A stretch of DNA of 60,955 nucleotides, the filler included, from Sphacelaria rigidula (Eukaryota), in assembly GCA_964200075.2 (NCBI GenBank). It is 9 parts of 9 records of this genome, joined end to end, with 100 filler letters (N's around TTAATTAATTAA, not from the genome) between each part and the next. Parts side by side here need not be neighbours in the genome. Positions count along the whole stretch, not along the records: positions 20,353 to 27,036 come from CAXNAA020018645.1; positions 27,137 to 33,820 come from CAXNAA020018646.1; positions 33,921 to 40,604 come from CAXNAA020018647.1; 6 more parts are not named here. One strand, given 5' to 3'. The translations under genes were made by a program, and so were the position numbers. Positions within the stretch are counted from its first letter, which is position 1; each line of letters begins with the position of its first letter. Positions 24,628 to 38,057 of the stretch are shown piece by piece. The notes beneath the pieces were generated by a model. The model was not told the DNA's origin. It did no database searches and saw only the letters and a list, made by a program, of their open reading frames with translations.

Positions 24628-25430
24628 CCGTAATTGTGCGAGTCATCGCACATGCCGGAGTCATCGCACCCCTGTGTGATAACCCCGACATTGGTGCCAC
24701 CTTCGAGCGTGAGGTTGCATGCTGTGGCGTGTGGCCCCAGAACAGAAAATCCGCCACAATCCGTTTGTCTCGCGGTTGCAACCGGGGCTCACCACTGTTT
24801 GTAGCAGGTGCAAACATATAAAAACTTTTTTTACACTGAGTTATAAATTTTGAACGGCGACCGCAATAAAAAGAAGAAAAACACTACCGGACAGTCACAC
24901 CTCTCGGCTCTCGGGTGATTTTTTTCGTAATTCGCCGCTTTTGCCCTGTTGCACCGCTTTTTTTTTGCTTGGGTGTCTGGGTGCCGTGTGTGCTCTGGAT
25001 GCGATGCTGGTACGAACAGCAGGAAGGTTTCCCTTAGACTTACACACAGGTAGTGCAGTGCCTATCAGTGTCTCCGCTAGGGGTCTGTTCTGTATCGCAC
25101 ATGGTGGAGTGTTATCGCACAGGGATGAGGTTCAAAAGGTGCGCCACCATTACAGCAGTGGGGGATGTGGTTTGCTCCGTATCGCACATGTCGGAGTTAC
25201 CGCACAGGGGGTGTGCGTTCACACCACAGCATGGCAGGGTGTTTGATTTTGTCAGAATCGCACATGTCGGAATTATCGCACAGGGGTGTGCGTCAGAATG
25301 GGAAATCAAACCATTCAACTCATTTTCCGCACAGGGGTCGGAGCCATTGCACCCCTGTGCGATAAAAATCAAAGTTAGGAATTATTGAAAAATCGATCGC
25401 ACAGGGGTGCGATGACTCGCACAATCACGG
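24628..25430. mobile_element. pogo/Tc1-mariner-type MITE with TA TSD and iterated subterminal motifs
   Basis: TA|CCGT(A/G)ATTGTGCGAGTCATCGCAC TIRs|TA. Repeated ATCGCACATGTCGGA.TTATCGCACAGGGG units. Confidence 0.85.
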
Positions 25431-26011
25431 TAGCCAAGTACCGTCAAGAGGTCATCCCTGTCTCCTGGAGATTTAGATGGGAACAATGCTATGCTCTCCA
25501 GCATTTGATCATTCAATATGTGAATTCGTTCGTGTGTCGAAATGGAGCGAGCCCCGATGTCTCACGCCAAACTTGCAACCGGTAGTATGTTCAAGGACAA
25601 GAAACTGCTTTGGCTTTCGCACATATCGTTGTCCAACAAGGGTCTTGTTTTTGCCACTCACTACTGTATTTGGCGACGTTCCCCGCAGTACGGTCGGTGG
25701 TGGGTATGTACGGTAGTAGCAACGACACGAACGTTTGTTTGTTTTTTGCTTCGACAGTCGGTTCGTGTGTCGCTTGGCTATATTTATCGCGGGATCGTTC
25801 ACGATTTCAACCTAATTTGGTTGGATTGGATTGAACTGGAAACGGAACAAAACGACACGAGAAGAACCTGAGCCTACCGTACTTTTGCATTAATACTACC
25901 CTCTGACAAGCAAAAATAAAACAGAAAAAAATGAGGGGAAAAAACCTAAAATGATAAGGAAGATCAAAATCCAGAAATTGTTTTCTCATCGTTCCTCTTC
26001 TCCAAATGCAG

Positions 26012-26546
26012 GGAAGTTTTCGAACGCTTCCGAGACAGGATTTTCATCCCGGAACCTAAAACCAAGGAAGAAGTCAAGGAAGCATCCGCCATCTTCCAGA
26101 CCGGTCCTGCCGACAAGAAAGAGTTTGTCCCTCCGCACGTCATCAAGGCCCTCGGGCAGAGCATGGGAGTCGCGTCCCCCGGTGTCCCAGCCTTCTTGGT
26201 GCGCCTCCAGCTACGAGCCTACGTGGACGAGTTAACAGAGAGCGACGCCTTCCTCGCTAAGCACCCCTTGGATATCCTAAGCGACGACGATCTTCGACAG
26301 GCTTGCCACGATCGCGGGATGGGGGTCCACGGACGCCCGCCGGAGGAATTGCGGAAAGATTTAGGGGAGTGGTTGAAGTTGACGACTGCTCCATCCCCCG
26401 TCGTCGGCGGGGGGGGAGAAGGGGGAGAGAAAGGGGTGTTGTTTTTGCCTCAGCGGGCCAAGATGCTGGGGCTGGGCGTGAATTGTTTGGCGAGTGTGGG
26501 GGAGGGGAAGCCGGCGACGCTTTCCATAAAGATGTTGCAGCAGTAG
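26012..26546 (+). CDS. LETM1-domain protein (LETM1/Mdm38-like ribosome-binding domain), terminal exon
   Basis: VRLQLRAYVDELTESDAFL...LSDDDLRQACHDRGM...EELRKDLGEWLKL matches the LETM1 signature L..AC..RG...LR..L..WL.L. Confidence 0.8.
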
Positions 26547-28660
26547 CACCAGTCTTTTGGGTGTTTGAAACATTTTTTGTTTGTTCCTCTCCTTCTCTCT
26601 GTGTCCCTCTCTGTCTCTCTTTTTTTTCTGTTCTCGCTTGCTTTTTTCCATGCAAGTGTCTTTACTTGCGAGAACATGGTGGTAGTATACTGTATCTCCA
26701 CTTATATGTGTACTCATTCTACATGTTCCGTATGTGTATGTGTTGTAGTAGCAGCTGCTCCGTGAGGTCGATCATCACGGACTCTAATGCCGCCGAGCCT
26801 GATGGTCAAAATTGATTAGGTACAATTGACGCCATTAGGATTATTTTTTTTCATCACACTTCGAACCCCTCCCCTTCCTGGGAATGGGTCCGTGGTCTCA
26901 AGGGATCAACCCATCTCTCCCCCGGTAAGTGCCTTTCATTTTGGTCTCGCGGATTGGATCAGCACTCCCGCACGGCGTCAACTCACGTCACACAACTCCA
27001 GTTGACTACTTTGTTTACTCGCGTTCTCACGCTTTCNNNNNNNNNNNNNNNNNNNNNNNNNNNNNNNNNNNNNNNNNNNNTTAATTAATTAANNNNNNNN
27101 NNNNNNNNNNNNNNNNNNNNNNNNNNNNNNNNNNNNAGTTGCTTTACTCTGTGGTATCGCCACTTCCAGAGACAGCCACGGTTTTTACACTGCCTCATGG
27201 GTATCTAACCAGGTGGTGGTGGGAGGGGGGGGTCAGCGTACCGGGATTGCGTTGCGCTGTGTCACGTAGGATATGGTTCGTCCTCGGGGGGGAAAGAGGG
27301 ACATGGAGAGAGATTTGGGTTTGCATTTTTGCTGCAGAGAACGAACGCACCATATCTCCGAGAAAAAACCCGTCAGGGAACACTTGAGTGCTTATTGATT
27401 TCATGGAAAATGTGATGTACTGGAATATGACCACGAATGAATTGCGCTAGTTACAGCAAGGTTTTGGCGATCGGGTTCGTTTTTTTCGCAGGTACCTGCA
27501 CCCAGAATCAACGCCAATAAAAAGTAACTTGGTATCGGCAGGTGCCGTGTCCCAGCTAGATTTGTGTCAACATCTTGGCTTCATGTGCTCGGTCCAGATC
27601 GATGTACATTCCAGATGGGCATCCCCGTCCCAGATAAACGTCCCAGATTAGTTTCCAAATTTGAGATGAATATCCCAAGTGCATGTCCCAGATCAGTGTC
27701 CAATTTTGAGGTGGATATCCGAAGTGGGCATGCCGAATGGATTCTGGGGAATCTCAAATTGACAGTCATGTACCAGATGCACGTCCACCTCCCAGATGGA
27801 GATCTATCTGTATCCCAGATGGATATCCACATCTCAGATGGATATTTTCTCACGTCACTCGACTGTTGCCGAGATATTACCCCCCCCGAACCGGCAAAAA
27901 AAGTGCACGGAGGCGATGATCATAAATGCCGTTAGAGCTAGTTTCGTGCTGCATGACGCGACTCATTCGGGCGTTATCGCTGATTTCGTGCTGCTACACA
28001 CCTCTTATGTGGGCGAAATTGCTCCAAACGAGCCCAATAGTGGGATCGAAGCCGCTTTATCGGACGGTCTCCGTTGCACTTCTTGTAGGAGAGCTATCTC
28101 GGCATTCACTCTTTTAACTCTTCCCATTCCTCGGGACGACTCCGTGGTCCCAAGGTATTACTAGCCCATCTTTTACCCCGTCCGTCATGGAGGTCCAAGG
28201 AATATTCGCAAGTCCGAGAGGGAGTAAGACCCTGGATAATGGATGTCCGGGATGATCGATATCCATACAGTATCCCAGGTGGGGGTTGCATCATCATTGG
28301 GGGCTCCCGTCACCCGTTCTCTGCAACTTGTCGCGTTCAACACAGCAGCACCTGCCTGTGGTGAATGCTTCTGGTTTTCCGGTCGGGTATCATGAAGAGA
28401 TCTTGCCCTTTCTGCTAAATTCTGCACTCTCCATCTCTCTTTCTCCCTGGTGCGTCGCTTACCCGACCGTCATTTTTTTTTTTTTAGAATGGATGATGCA
28501 CCACACATGCACCACTGCCATGTACACCCAGCAGTTTTTACATCCGAAAAACGAGCGCATTTTTTTCAGGTTGTATTTTTCTGTGCATTTCCACGCAAAT
28601 ATTCTACTTGGCACTACTATACCTCCCATCCCCGCGTCACCCGGTGCCCCTCTACATGAG

Positions 28661-28697
<37 letters not shown>

Positions 28698-30540
28698 ACA
28701 AAAAACAACCCACCCACAAAAAAAAACGAAAAAAAACCCCCCCTCACCCGCAAAGTGAACACANNNNNNNNNNTGTGCATTTCCACGCAAATATTCTACT
28801 TGGCACTACTATCCCCCCCCTCCCCGCGTCACCCGGTGCCCCTCTACATGAGTAACCCCCCCCCCCCCCTCTCCGCACGAACAAATATTTCAATCATATC
28901 GCATTGGGAAACAAACGTGAATCACCCCTCCCCAAGGCGGTGAAATGTTCAGGCCGCTTCTTATAACCCGAAACAATATTTTTTTGTCGGAAAAATTGTT
29001 TGTCTTTTTGGCTCCCGCGCGACATATTTCCCGCCGAGGAGAAAAGCAGTGGATCCAGCCACCTACTCTCTTCCACTTGCTCTACTTCCTAGTCCTGCCC
29101 GAAACGATTCTGACATATTTTGTCGTTCCCCCGCGAGCGCAGTTTGATTTACCCCCAATACCGATTGCGAATTTCCCGGGCTCATCACCAAGAAACAAGA
29201 ACGCCGTTGTTTAGCTGTTCTGTGCCTCCAACCTTTGTTTTTAAAAAGTGCTGCAAACTCTGGCTTCAACTGCGGCCACAGGGATGATGCAAAGCCGAAC
29301 AAATAGTATGGCGAGTCATTCCCAGGTGTCAGTTTTCCGTCTACTTGTTTATCCTCTCCGGCGAAATACGGCGCACAAGGGCAAGAACAAGAATACAAAA
29401 TGGAGCTCGGTCGAGACCTGTGTTTTCTCGGACTGTCGAGAAGCAGCCGTCCGTCGTGGGTCCGTACTCGGGTCTCGAACACGACGTTATCCCATCCACC
29501 CATGATTGGCTGCATACTCATTCCCGGAACCACACGCCCCCGTCTGCCCTTGGCGTTGCGCTTTTTCCAGCATCGACCTTGAATGCGGCCGAGAGTGCGC
29601 CGGAGACTGGCAGTCCAAGCGATCTCTTCGGCGACGCTGCTCCACAAAGCGCGGTACGTGGCGCGCCGGTAGAAAGTTCTGGAAGATGAAGATAGGGAGT
29701 GCGATGGATGCTGGGTGATGTTTCTCTCAGCAGGAGGCATTCCGTTGGTTCAAGAGGAGGGGTGTCACTACATTGACACTGAGTAGTGCCACCGTATCCA
29801 GGTGTTGGGCGAATGGATGATGACCATAAATTTCGGAGAATAATCGAGCTCATGTCTGGTTTTGGGATCTTCAGACCACCACTTCGTTTCGGGATGCTGT
29901 TTTTTTTCCCATCTCGAGTAGATTTCGTTGTTGTTGTTGTTGTTGTTGTTGTTGTTATTGACATGTCCCATGCGCTCATGTGCCGATCGATGTTTCTCGT
30001 GTTTCCATGCCGCTGTGCCATATAGCCCACATCCTCTCAAGCAACAACACTCCCACATAGTGACAAGTGGAGTCAGCTCTCTGGCATCATGTACCGACAC
30101 ACGCACTGGAGCAGTATGACCAAGCCTTGTAGCATAACGTGAACCGTAACCGTCACGCTGTTGCAGTTGGTGACGGGGATCAAGTTTTCCCATGCGTTGA
30201 CAGGATGTGGGTTCCGGCCCAGCGGTATGTAAACACGGAAAAGTCGATGATACATGGGCCGATGGGATGGGATATATGACTGAAAAGTCTAAGTGAGGAA
30301 AATAAATCCGCACCCCTAGAAAACGTGGCCTCACACTCTAATTCCGACACTTTCTACGATAGCCCCCCGCCCCCCCCCCCCCCCCCACCGCAACCCCGAC
30401 CCGGCGCGGGAAGGTGGGCCACACAACAANNNNNNNNNNAAAGTCAAAGAGAGAAAAAAAAAACCCCCCCCCAAAAAAACGGGCCCCCCCACTCAAATCC
30501 CAACATTTTTTACAAGGCCCCCCCCCCCCCCCGCAAAAAA

Positions 30541-30760
30541 AAAGTGCATGGTTCTGGGAGGCGAAATCTCAACGTAAATCAAAATTGGAAAAGCCGAGCA
30601 CAACGAGTAGCTGGGAATTCCCACGTTTGGGTTCGTTCTAGCCAATGTCGCCAGTATGAGGCGCTTCATGCACAGCCTGAACCCAAACATTAGGCGCTGT
30701 ATGGCCATTTGTTTTCGTGGCACTTTTGGGCTGGTTTTGGGGGAGGGCTATCGTAGAAAG
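30541..30760 (+). repeat. Dispersed repeat family, second copy at about 40786-41010
   Basis: Shared AAAAGTGC.TGGTT.GGGAGGC.AAAT...GAGCACAACGAG.AGCTGGGAATTCCCACG...CCTGAACCCAAAC. Confidence 0.85.
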
Positions 30761-31405
30761 TGTCTTCCGCCCACCCTCCTTCTCTCGCCAGCGCGGGTGC
30801 GGGCTCACAACCTGGAGGGTCGGCCGGATTAGTAGCGGAGACCATTCGCGGCCTTTCTGCGACACGTGCAACAGTGTGTATTGTACCTCAAAGATCCCTG
30901 TCTGAATTCCAGTATCACCATGCTCGTGGAGCACGTGTCTCCATCTCAGAGCGAAGGGTATCGTGTGTATGTATTCAGGTAGGTACGAGAGTATATTGAA
31001 ATTAACAACGCGTCCTACTGACCGTCTTCCACCGTCAGGACGGGAGTCGTGATGGAAGGCACAGGGCGGTTTCGTGTGCAATACATACATGCATAGACGT
31101 ATGTATATTATACATGGCTCATGACTCCCGCATGCACGCGGTATGCGTACGTATCACTTCGCCGTCTTTTATTTGCTGCTGAAGCCCAGAGCCAGCGTGA
31201 AAAATGCACATCCGTTTTTTTTTCCTCTGTTCCGTTTTTTTCGTCAGCATGCATCACACACAAGATATTTTCTTCTCGTTTGTTTGATGCCTGAGCTTCT
31301 GCACGCCTTACAATTGTACTGAAAAGCCAGTTCGAAACTTTATGTCCAGGCTGATTTCATAACATTCAATCCCCCCCCCCCCCCCCCTCCCTTCCCCTTC
31401 CCCTC

Positions 31406-31438
<33 letters not shown>

Positions 31439-31854
31439 CCTGTACCCAGCCCCAGCCCCCAGAACCGTCTAGTGCAGACTCTGGCGGTGGATTCGGTGAA
31501 ACGGACCACGGATTTTCACAGCCTCCACCGGATTCTGGCGGATCCACTGAGAACGTGAGAGATGACGATAAACCTTAATTTGAAAGTTGTAAATCTTCTG
31601 AACGCGAGAGTAGGTCACCTGCTGAAGCGGCATCAATTTCACTTGAAAGCATGCGTGATCCAGATGGACTACCCGTATCGCGCTCTAAGGGTCAAGTTGG
31701 TTCATCGTCGTGTTCTTCGCCCAGAGCGTGGCACTAGCTCAACGCTGGCCGTCGACAGTAGATGGTATCGTGCACAGTGCACATATCCGTCCGCCACTCC
31801 TTTCCCCGGGCTCGGTGTTTGTGTCCCACACGAGTCCTGTTCAGCGCGCGCATG

Positions 31855-32080
31855 ATTCGTCCGGGAATCCTTGGTTTTAGTATAGTTGATTCGAATCGTA
31901 AGAATCAATCCCTAGGCTTTGTTTTCAGCGTTGCAACCCAGGCACACGCAGCCCAGNNNNNNNNNNCGCAAAAGTTGCGTGGATACCCCTTGGACCAGCG
32001 GTCAAGTTCATTCTCCCTTTTAGGCAATCAGACCGAAGAAATCGTGGATTTGGTGACTTGTAGTCGTGATCATTCGTCGT
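31855..32080 (+). repeat. Dispersed repeat family, reverse-complement copy at about 53600-54172
   Basis: Shared GGCTTTGTTTTCAGCGTTGCAACCCAGG and GCAAAAGTTGCGTGG. Confidence 0.8.
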
Positions 32081-32618
32081 AACCGTGAAAGCTTTCGATC
32101 GTGTTTTGTTTTGCGCGGAGCCCCCCCCCCTTTTTTTTCTGGTGCTGTTCGTTAGTTTCTTTTGAACGAGTGTGTCCTGCCGGCTCTCTGATTGTTGACC
32201 AATCTTGGGTGCGCCTATTGTTTCGCCATGGTTGGGTTCGTGGCGAATTGTTTGATGAGCGATCATCAGTCGACGAATCAACCAATCAACCAATGATGCC
32301 TTTTGGGTACCGGTGCATAATCGCTTCGATGACGTTCGCTGACCTCAGGCTGCGTACTATCATTTTGTTTGTGGTGTCGAACGAATTTAGTGTGTGGCGG
32401 AATCGAAGTCGTTCATTTTGACAGCGTGTGAGTCCGAGCGAAATCTGCACGCCTTCGATCTAAAAAAAGACGGGGGAATTCGTGAAGCGTTGGTTGTTCG
32501 CTTGTATTCAGTACAGACAGTACAATGTTGTTTGTCTGTACTCTCCGCACAGTGTGTGTGTTTCGTATATAAAAGTGAGATTTATTCATTTATTTTTTAT
32601 TGTTTATTTGTCGCACTT

Positions 32619-32900
32619 TGAACCCCTTCCCTTCCTCGGGACGTCTCCCTGGTCTCCAGGGATCAACCCATCTCTCCCCCGGTACACGCCTTGCATTTTG
32701 GTCTCGTGGATTGGATCATGACCATCAACTCCCGCACCGCGTCAACTCACGTCAAACAAACTCAGTCGACTACTTCGTTTACTCACGTTCTCACGCTTCC
32801 CACAGTGGAATTCAGATACATCGAAGAAAAACCCCAACGCATCGGGAATCGAACCCTCGTTCTTTCCACCCCAATGGCGACAGCCGGACCATTGGATGTG
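32619..32900 (-). mobile_element. Probable tRNA-derived SINE. Body homolog at 26862-27036
   Basis: Minus-strand B box GGGTTCGATTCCC. Body AGGGATCAACCCATCTCTCCCCCGGTA...GTCAACTCACGTCA shared between two contigs. Confidence 0.6.
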
Positions 32901-33940
32901 AAAAATAAAGGGACAACGTGCAGCACAGACAGCACAGGAGTCTCCGTACTCTGCATACAGGAGGATGTGAAAAAGATTCGAACAACGTGCAGTTTTGTAC
33001 TGCCTGTTGTCCATGAGCGTGTACGCAAGTCGGCCGCCCACCCCAGTGAAGGACGATGCTCGAGCTTACGCCGGCAAAAAACAAACACATCATGCCTAGA
33101 GGGCGGAAATGTCGGTTCCCGATTACTGCAGCGCATGTACCCTGTGCTCAACTCGTGATCTGTGCTGCAGGCTTGCATTGGTTGTTGGGAAGGTTAGTCG
33201 TATGAGGTTTGCACTGTTCTGTGAAAGGGTGGTATTCAGCGTGGTGGTCAGTAAGATAGAAGTCAAGTTCCCCTGCAATCAATCACTCGAGCAACCAGTG
33301 AACAGCCGCCGCATCTCAGTCACCATGTGCCAGTACGGCCGATACGGGGTAATCTTCGTAACATCGAAGCCCCCACAATATGATGATCATGGTCCATCAT
33401 CATGCTGGTGTCAGTCGCTGAAAATGTGAAGTCGTGACCAACAGAGAAGGATCCGATATATGTCGACGGACTGTGAGAAACTCTCATCAAATGCTCGGTG
33501 CTAACTTGCCAGGAAAAATGCGGCTCATGGGGACAGACGTTTTGACCCCTGAGACTAGAGACTCGCCCTGAGAGAAGTATGGGAGTCAGACGTGTGGCTG
33601 AAAAAATCGATCAAATATATGAAGAATAGTTCATTTAGTACTGGGCGTCTGAACTATTTTCTTGTTTAGAAGGGTATTTTGTCGTGACTACTCTTTGATA
33701 AAACTCAAAAGTGCTAGCGTCGGTAGATTTTGGTGAGATGAGTAGATCGTCTCTCTCTCTCCCCCCCCCCCCGATGGCTATACTAGGAGATAGATGGTGG
33801 CCAGAGACGGCGAAACAGGANNNNNNNNNNNNNNNNNNNNNNNNNNNNNNNNNNNNNNNNNNNNTTAATTAATTAANNNNNNNNNNNNNNNNNNNNNNNN
33901 NNNNNNNNNNNNNNNNNNNNCATGTTGTGAGAAAAATCCT

Positions 33941-34018
33941 AGATCGCTCCAGGGATTGAACTCCACTTCTCAACCATCAGAAGGTTACGAGGTTACCAAC
34001 TGAGCCACCGGGGCGACC
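33941..34018 (-). mobile_element. tRNA-derived SINE head (tRNA-Arg-like)
   Basis: GCCCCGGTGGCTCAGTTGG (A box) ... GAGTTCAATCCC (B box). D and anticodon stems do not pair, so not a functional tRNA. Confidence 0.7.
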
Positions 34019-34055
34019 ATATATATAATACAACGTACAAACTCAAAACAAGCAT

Positions 34056-37000
34056 TTACGATGCCCCACGCCCCTCTCCTCTACCACTACAGTACATCCA
34101 CGAGGTTCTCGTCCTGTGCGAGAAATTACGATCTCCCCTTCGCCTTCGGCCTTCCACCTGTGCAGCGATGGCATACCGCCGCGCCTCCTCCTGGCTTGCG
34201 TTGAACTTGCCCATTCCCATGGTGGTGAATTTCAACTCCTTGATGCAGCCAGCGTTGAGACTCAGGAGCATCATCTCGAACACGCGGTCGGGGTACATTG
34301 AGCATCTCAGTTTTGGCGAGGGTAGGCGACAAAACGGACAAGTCCTGCTCCGATTGGCAACTGGTGCTGTTCACGCAGAGGTAGACCCGTGCCAGTGCAG
34401 ACAACAGCGGTTACTTCGGCCCCTCGATGACCGAGCCGCCCCCATCCAACACGGGGCGCCCCGCAAAGCGCCAGTAGGCGATGACATCCAGGTGGGCGTC
34501 GGCAGACGGCGCAATGTGGTCTTAGTCCACCATTTCCTTCCACAAGTAGGCAAAAATAGTCATGGATGACCCCGCCGCCTGGACGCCGGCGGCCGTTTCG
34601 ATGGCGGCGGCGCGGCTAGCCTCACGCTCCTCAAACAGGCTCCGTGCGCGTTTCGGTGCAGGCTCCCCATCGCTGCCCGTCGCCCCACCAAGAGAAGCAG
34701 CCGATCTCCCTGCTACCCAGTTCACTGTCCATCGCCTTACCTAGCGCGATCGGCGCCTCCTTCGCCTTGTCGCGCGAGGTGTGGTCGTCAACCTCCCGCT
34801 GAATCCCCGTTCCCGCACACGGAGTCGTCCATTGTTTTGTAGCGCGGGTCCAGGTAGAGAGCGAGGATCTTCACGGTGGTGGAAGCCACGTTGACCTTGC
34901 GACCCTTGATCTTCTCGATGCAGACAGATATCACCTTTTGCACTGGGGCCTAGAGATCATCGGCGCACTTCAGCCCGTGGACCGGCAGCTCCTCCCCCCG
35001 TCTTGGCCTTCCTCACCATATTGAAGTCGATCATCCCCACCTCTGCGGAGGTGAGGATGTCGACCAGCTGGTGGAACGGGTAGATGGTCCGGCTGAGGAT
35101 GCTGTCAATGCCGCTCTGGATACCGATCGTCACTCGCTCCGCGTACTCCAGCACGCAGCAGATCTCATTCACGACCACCCAGTCGGTCGGCGAGAGCCCG
35201 CGGTGCGTATTCGGGGGAGGTTCGTGGAGGTACTTGGCGATGTACGTCTCGAGGACGATCAAACGCGCCGAAAACGCAAGCTGCGAAGCCCACGTAGCAT
35301 CCATTGTGGCGTACACACGCGGGTGTGAACGATGAGACAGCCATGAGCACCTGATGATTTTGTCATATCGACAACATATTGATTCATTTGATGTTCTCAC
35401 TTTTACTGATTCCCGACGAATAGCTGTGGTTGCAAGACGGACGACTTCAAGGTAGAGAAAACAAGAAAAAAGGAACACAGAAATCCCACGAAAGAAAATG
35501 TACACAAAAGCTCTATCAATAGGAGGACAAAAAAAGACAGGAGAAACCAAACAAACGGAAGCACCCGACAAAACACAAGAAGCGCGCACAACAATACGAC
35601 AATTAAAACTGGAAGGTTTCACAGTACGATCCCATACCTCACATTCTCCCTCCTGCGGGCAAGCTTACCTGGTGTTATGGGGCCTCACCAGGTACAAGAT
35701 CTCGAACTTGATTTTGTCCAAGTTGGTGGGTTACTCGCTACATGAAGGAATCTCTTTCACCCTTTCCGGGAACTCCTCTTGTGCCAGAGTGATGCCCGCT
35801 GCCTCCACCGCCATGGTGTCCAGTTCTTCCTTCATCTCTTGCCCCTTAACTTTGTGTGGACTGCTGGCAGAGCATCGTTGTTGACAGCGGAATGACTAAG
35901 CACGCCGACCAACGCCGCCGCTCTCTGGATTAGCTTCTCCATGTTCTTAATCTGGCACCTAGCGGCTGAGCCGGCGATTCCGAGCATCCATATCACAGCC
36001 GAGTTGATCCAGTGGGCACGGCAAAGAAGCACGGGGACGTCGAGAGATATGCAGGCGTTGACCGCGTTTCCCCCCGGGTCGATAATCGCTGCCACGAACA
36101 CATCTTTCAGTGTGGCGTTGTCAATGTAGGACCCAAACGTGTCTGGGGTCACCTGCGGGAACCGGACACAAGGGCAGGGAGACAGATGGAAGCATTTTGA
36201 TGCTTTTGAGGGATAGATGTTTTAGTCTACGATATATGTTGGTGGTGTTCATGTACAAAACCATGATTTTCCCTTTACTAGTTCATGTTGTTGGATTGGC
36301 GAGGCGGAGCAGGCAGGAAAACTAATGTTTGTATCTACACCACTAAGCATACTCTATACCATCGTGAAGAGAAGGACTGATCATATACTAACAGCGAATA
36401 ACAGGATCACTGGTCTTGTATTCGCCGCAGCGCTATGGTGGGAGCAACGCATGAGAAAGCGAGTCAATCGCGATTGCAGGACATGAAGCTGTGGACAAAC
36501 TTCAAATTTTGAATTTCGAACTCATGGTATAGGCCGTTTCCTGCGGGTTTACATTTTATATTTTGTTGGGTTCGTATTTATTACTTTTGGGACATTTGGC
36601 AAAGGTTTTGACCCCGAACAGAGAAATTGGCCCCCCTACCTCTTGGACACATTGCTTCACCTCACCGAGAGGAGTCTGGTGTACTAATCCAATTCGTTCT
36701 GGTCAGACATTTCTAAAGCGGCCTCTGTACAATAACACGAGTGAGGAAATAAAATGGAGTGTCCGTAGTTTGATTCACGGAAGAAATACCTGCAGATACC
36801 TGCAGAACTCTAGGTTGACCACAGGAGTGAGATGAAGCTGCAGGCTGCAGAAGCCCCCATAGTGCCCGATCTTGCGGTACTCTCCATGCGCTGTCTAGGG
36901 CCCCGACCACGTCGTCCTTTACTTCTGTGGTTAGGTAGTTGAGGAGCTTGTTGAGCGTTGATTTCGCCGGTGTTACCCCGGCGTAATCCGGCGCAACTCC

Positions 37001-38014
37001 GCGATGGGCATGCTGACACCGACATCGTCGAGGGATGCCTACCGTCGACCGTTGATGCACCATATGACGAGCTTGCGGTGCAGTTATCCCCGGTCTTCTG
37101 ATGTGAACAGCGGCCGCACGCTGCTCAAAATGAGTAATTCTTCCCAGAGTTCTGCTCTCCTGCAGTTGAGCACACGATAACACAAGGAATGAAGAACATA
37201 CGAAATACGTGGAAAGGACTTTGAGTTTTATGGGGTGAAGCCTGCAAGTTTGCATGTGTTTTCCTCATGAAGTACAGCACACATCACTCAAAAATACATG
37301 GTTAGCGTTTTCGCGGGAAAATGTAGAATAAAAGGGTACACGCAGGATCTGAGCGAGCAGGATAAGAGCACGTGTATGCATATCAGTTTAGAAGAGTGCA
37401 ACAGTATGTAGTACAACAGTACACACGTGAAGAGAAGAAAGTAAAACGTATACCACATGACACATGTACGGTATTATCCTTGGTGCATGTAGAGTACAGC
37501 CGCACTGCATGTCTGCACTACGGAACCGTAACACAGACCGTACAGTACTGCAGCACAGTAGAACAGTACTGCAGCGGGAGTAATATTATCCTAGATACAC
37601 ACGCTTGTATCATACACTTGTACACTACTTTATGTTTTCATTTTGACGACCGCGGGTCTGAAGAAGACAAAGGGGCTGACATGCAGGTGAAACATACAAA
37701 CTTTGTACACCCAGTACAGTACACACGATGCTTCTCAGTTTGTAGTACGTACCCTTTAGCTAACTCGTCTGATGTTGCAAGTACATGGGGCACAGCCGCC
37801 CGCAACGCAAAGTGTAGTACAGGACGTAGTACAGTACACTGGACCTATTCTGTGAGCATGGTGTAAAGCATTTTCACTTGTAACAGCGCCGTACCGTCAC
37901 AAACAATTGCCTTGCGCAAAACAAAAGAAGATAACTAACCGCTACTCATCACTACCGCGGTATCTTTCCGGCATTCAGTTGTACTGCCGTCCTCTCACAT
38001 CGCACACACGCGCC

Positions 38015-38057
<43 letters not shown>

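Noticed and set aside
28575..28870. Direct duplication of about 85 bp
   Set aside because: The copies flank a 10-N scaffold gap and poly-C runs, so an assembly overlap artefact is likely
29063..29740. 225-aa minus-strand ORF, or a possible terminal exon at about 29518-29679
   Set aside because: An acceptor-like site is present, but the frame is ambiguous and no motif is recognisable
33941..34018. Functional tRNA gene
   Set aside because: D stem and anticodon stem do not pair; better explained as a SINE head
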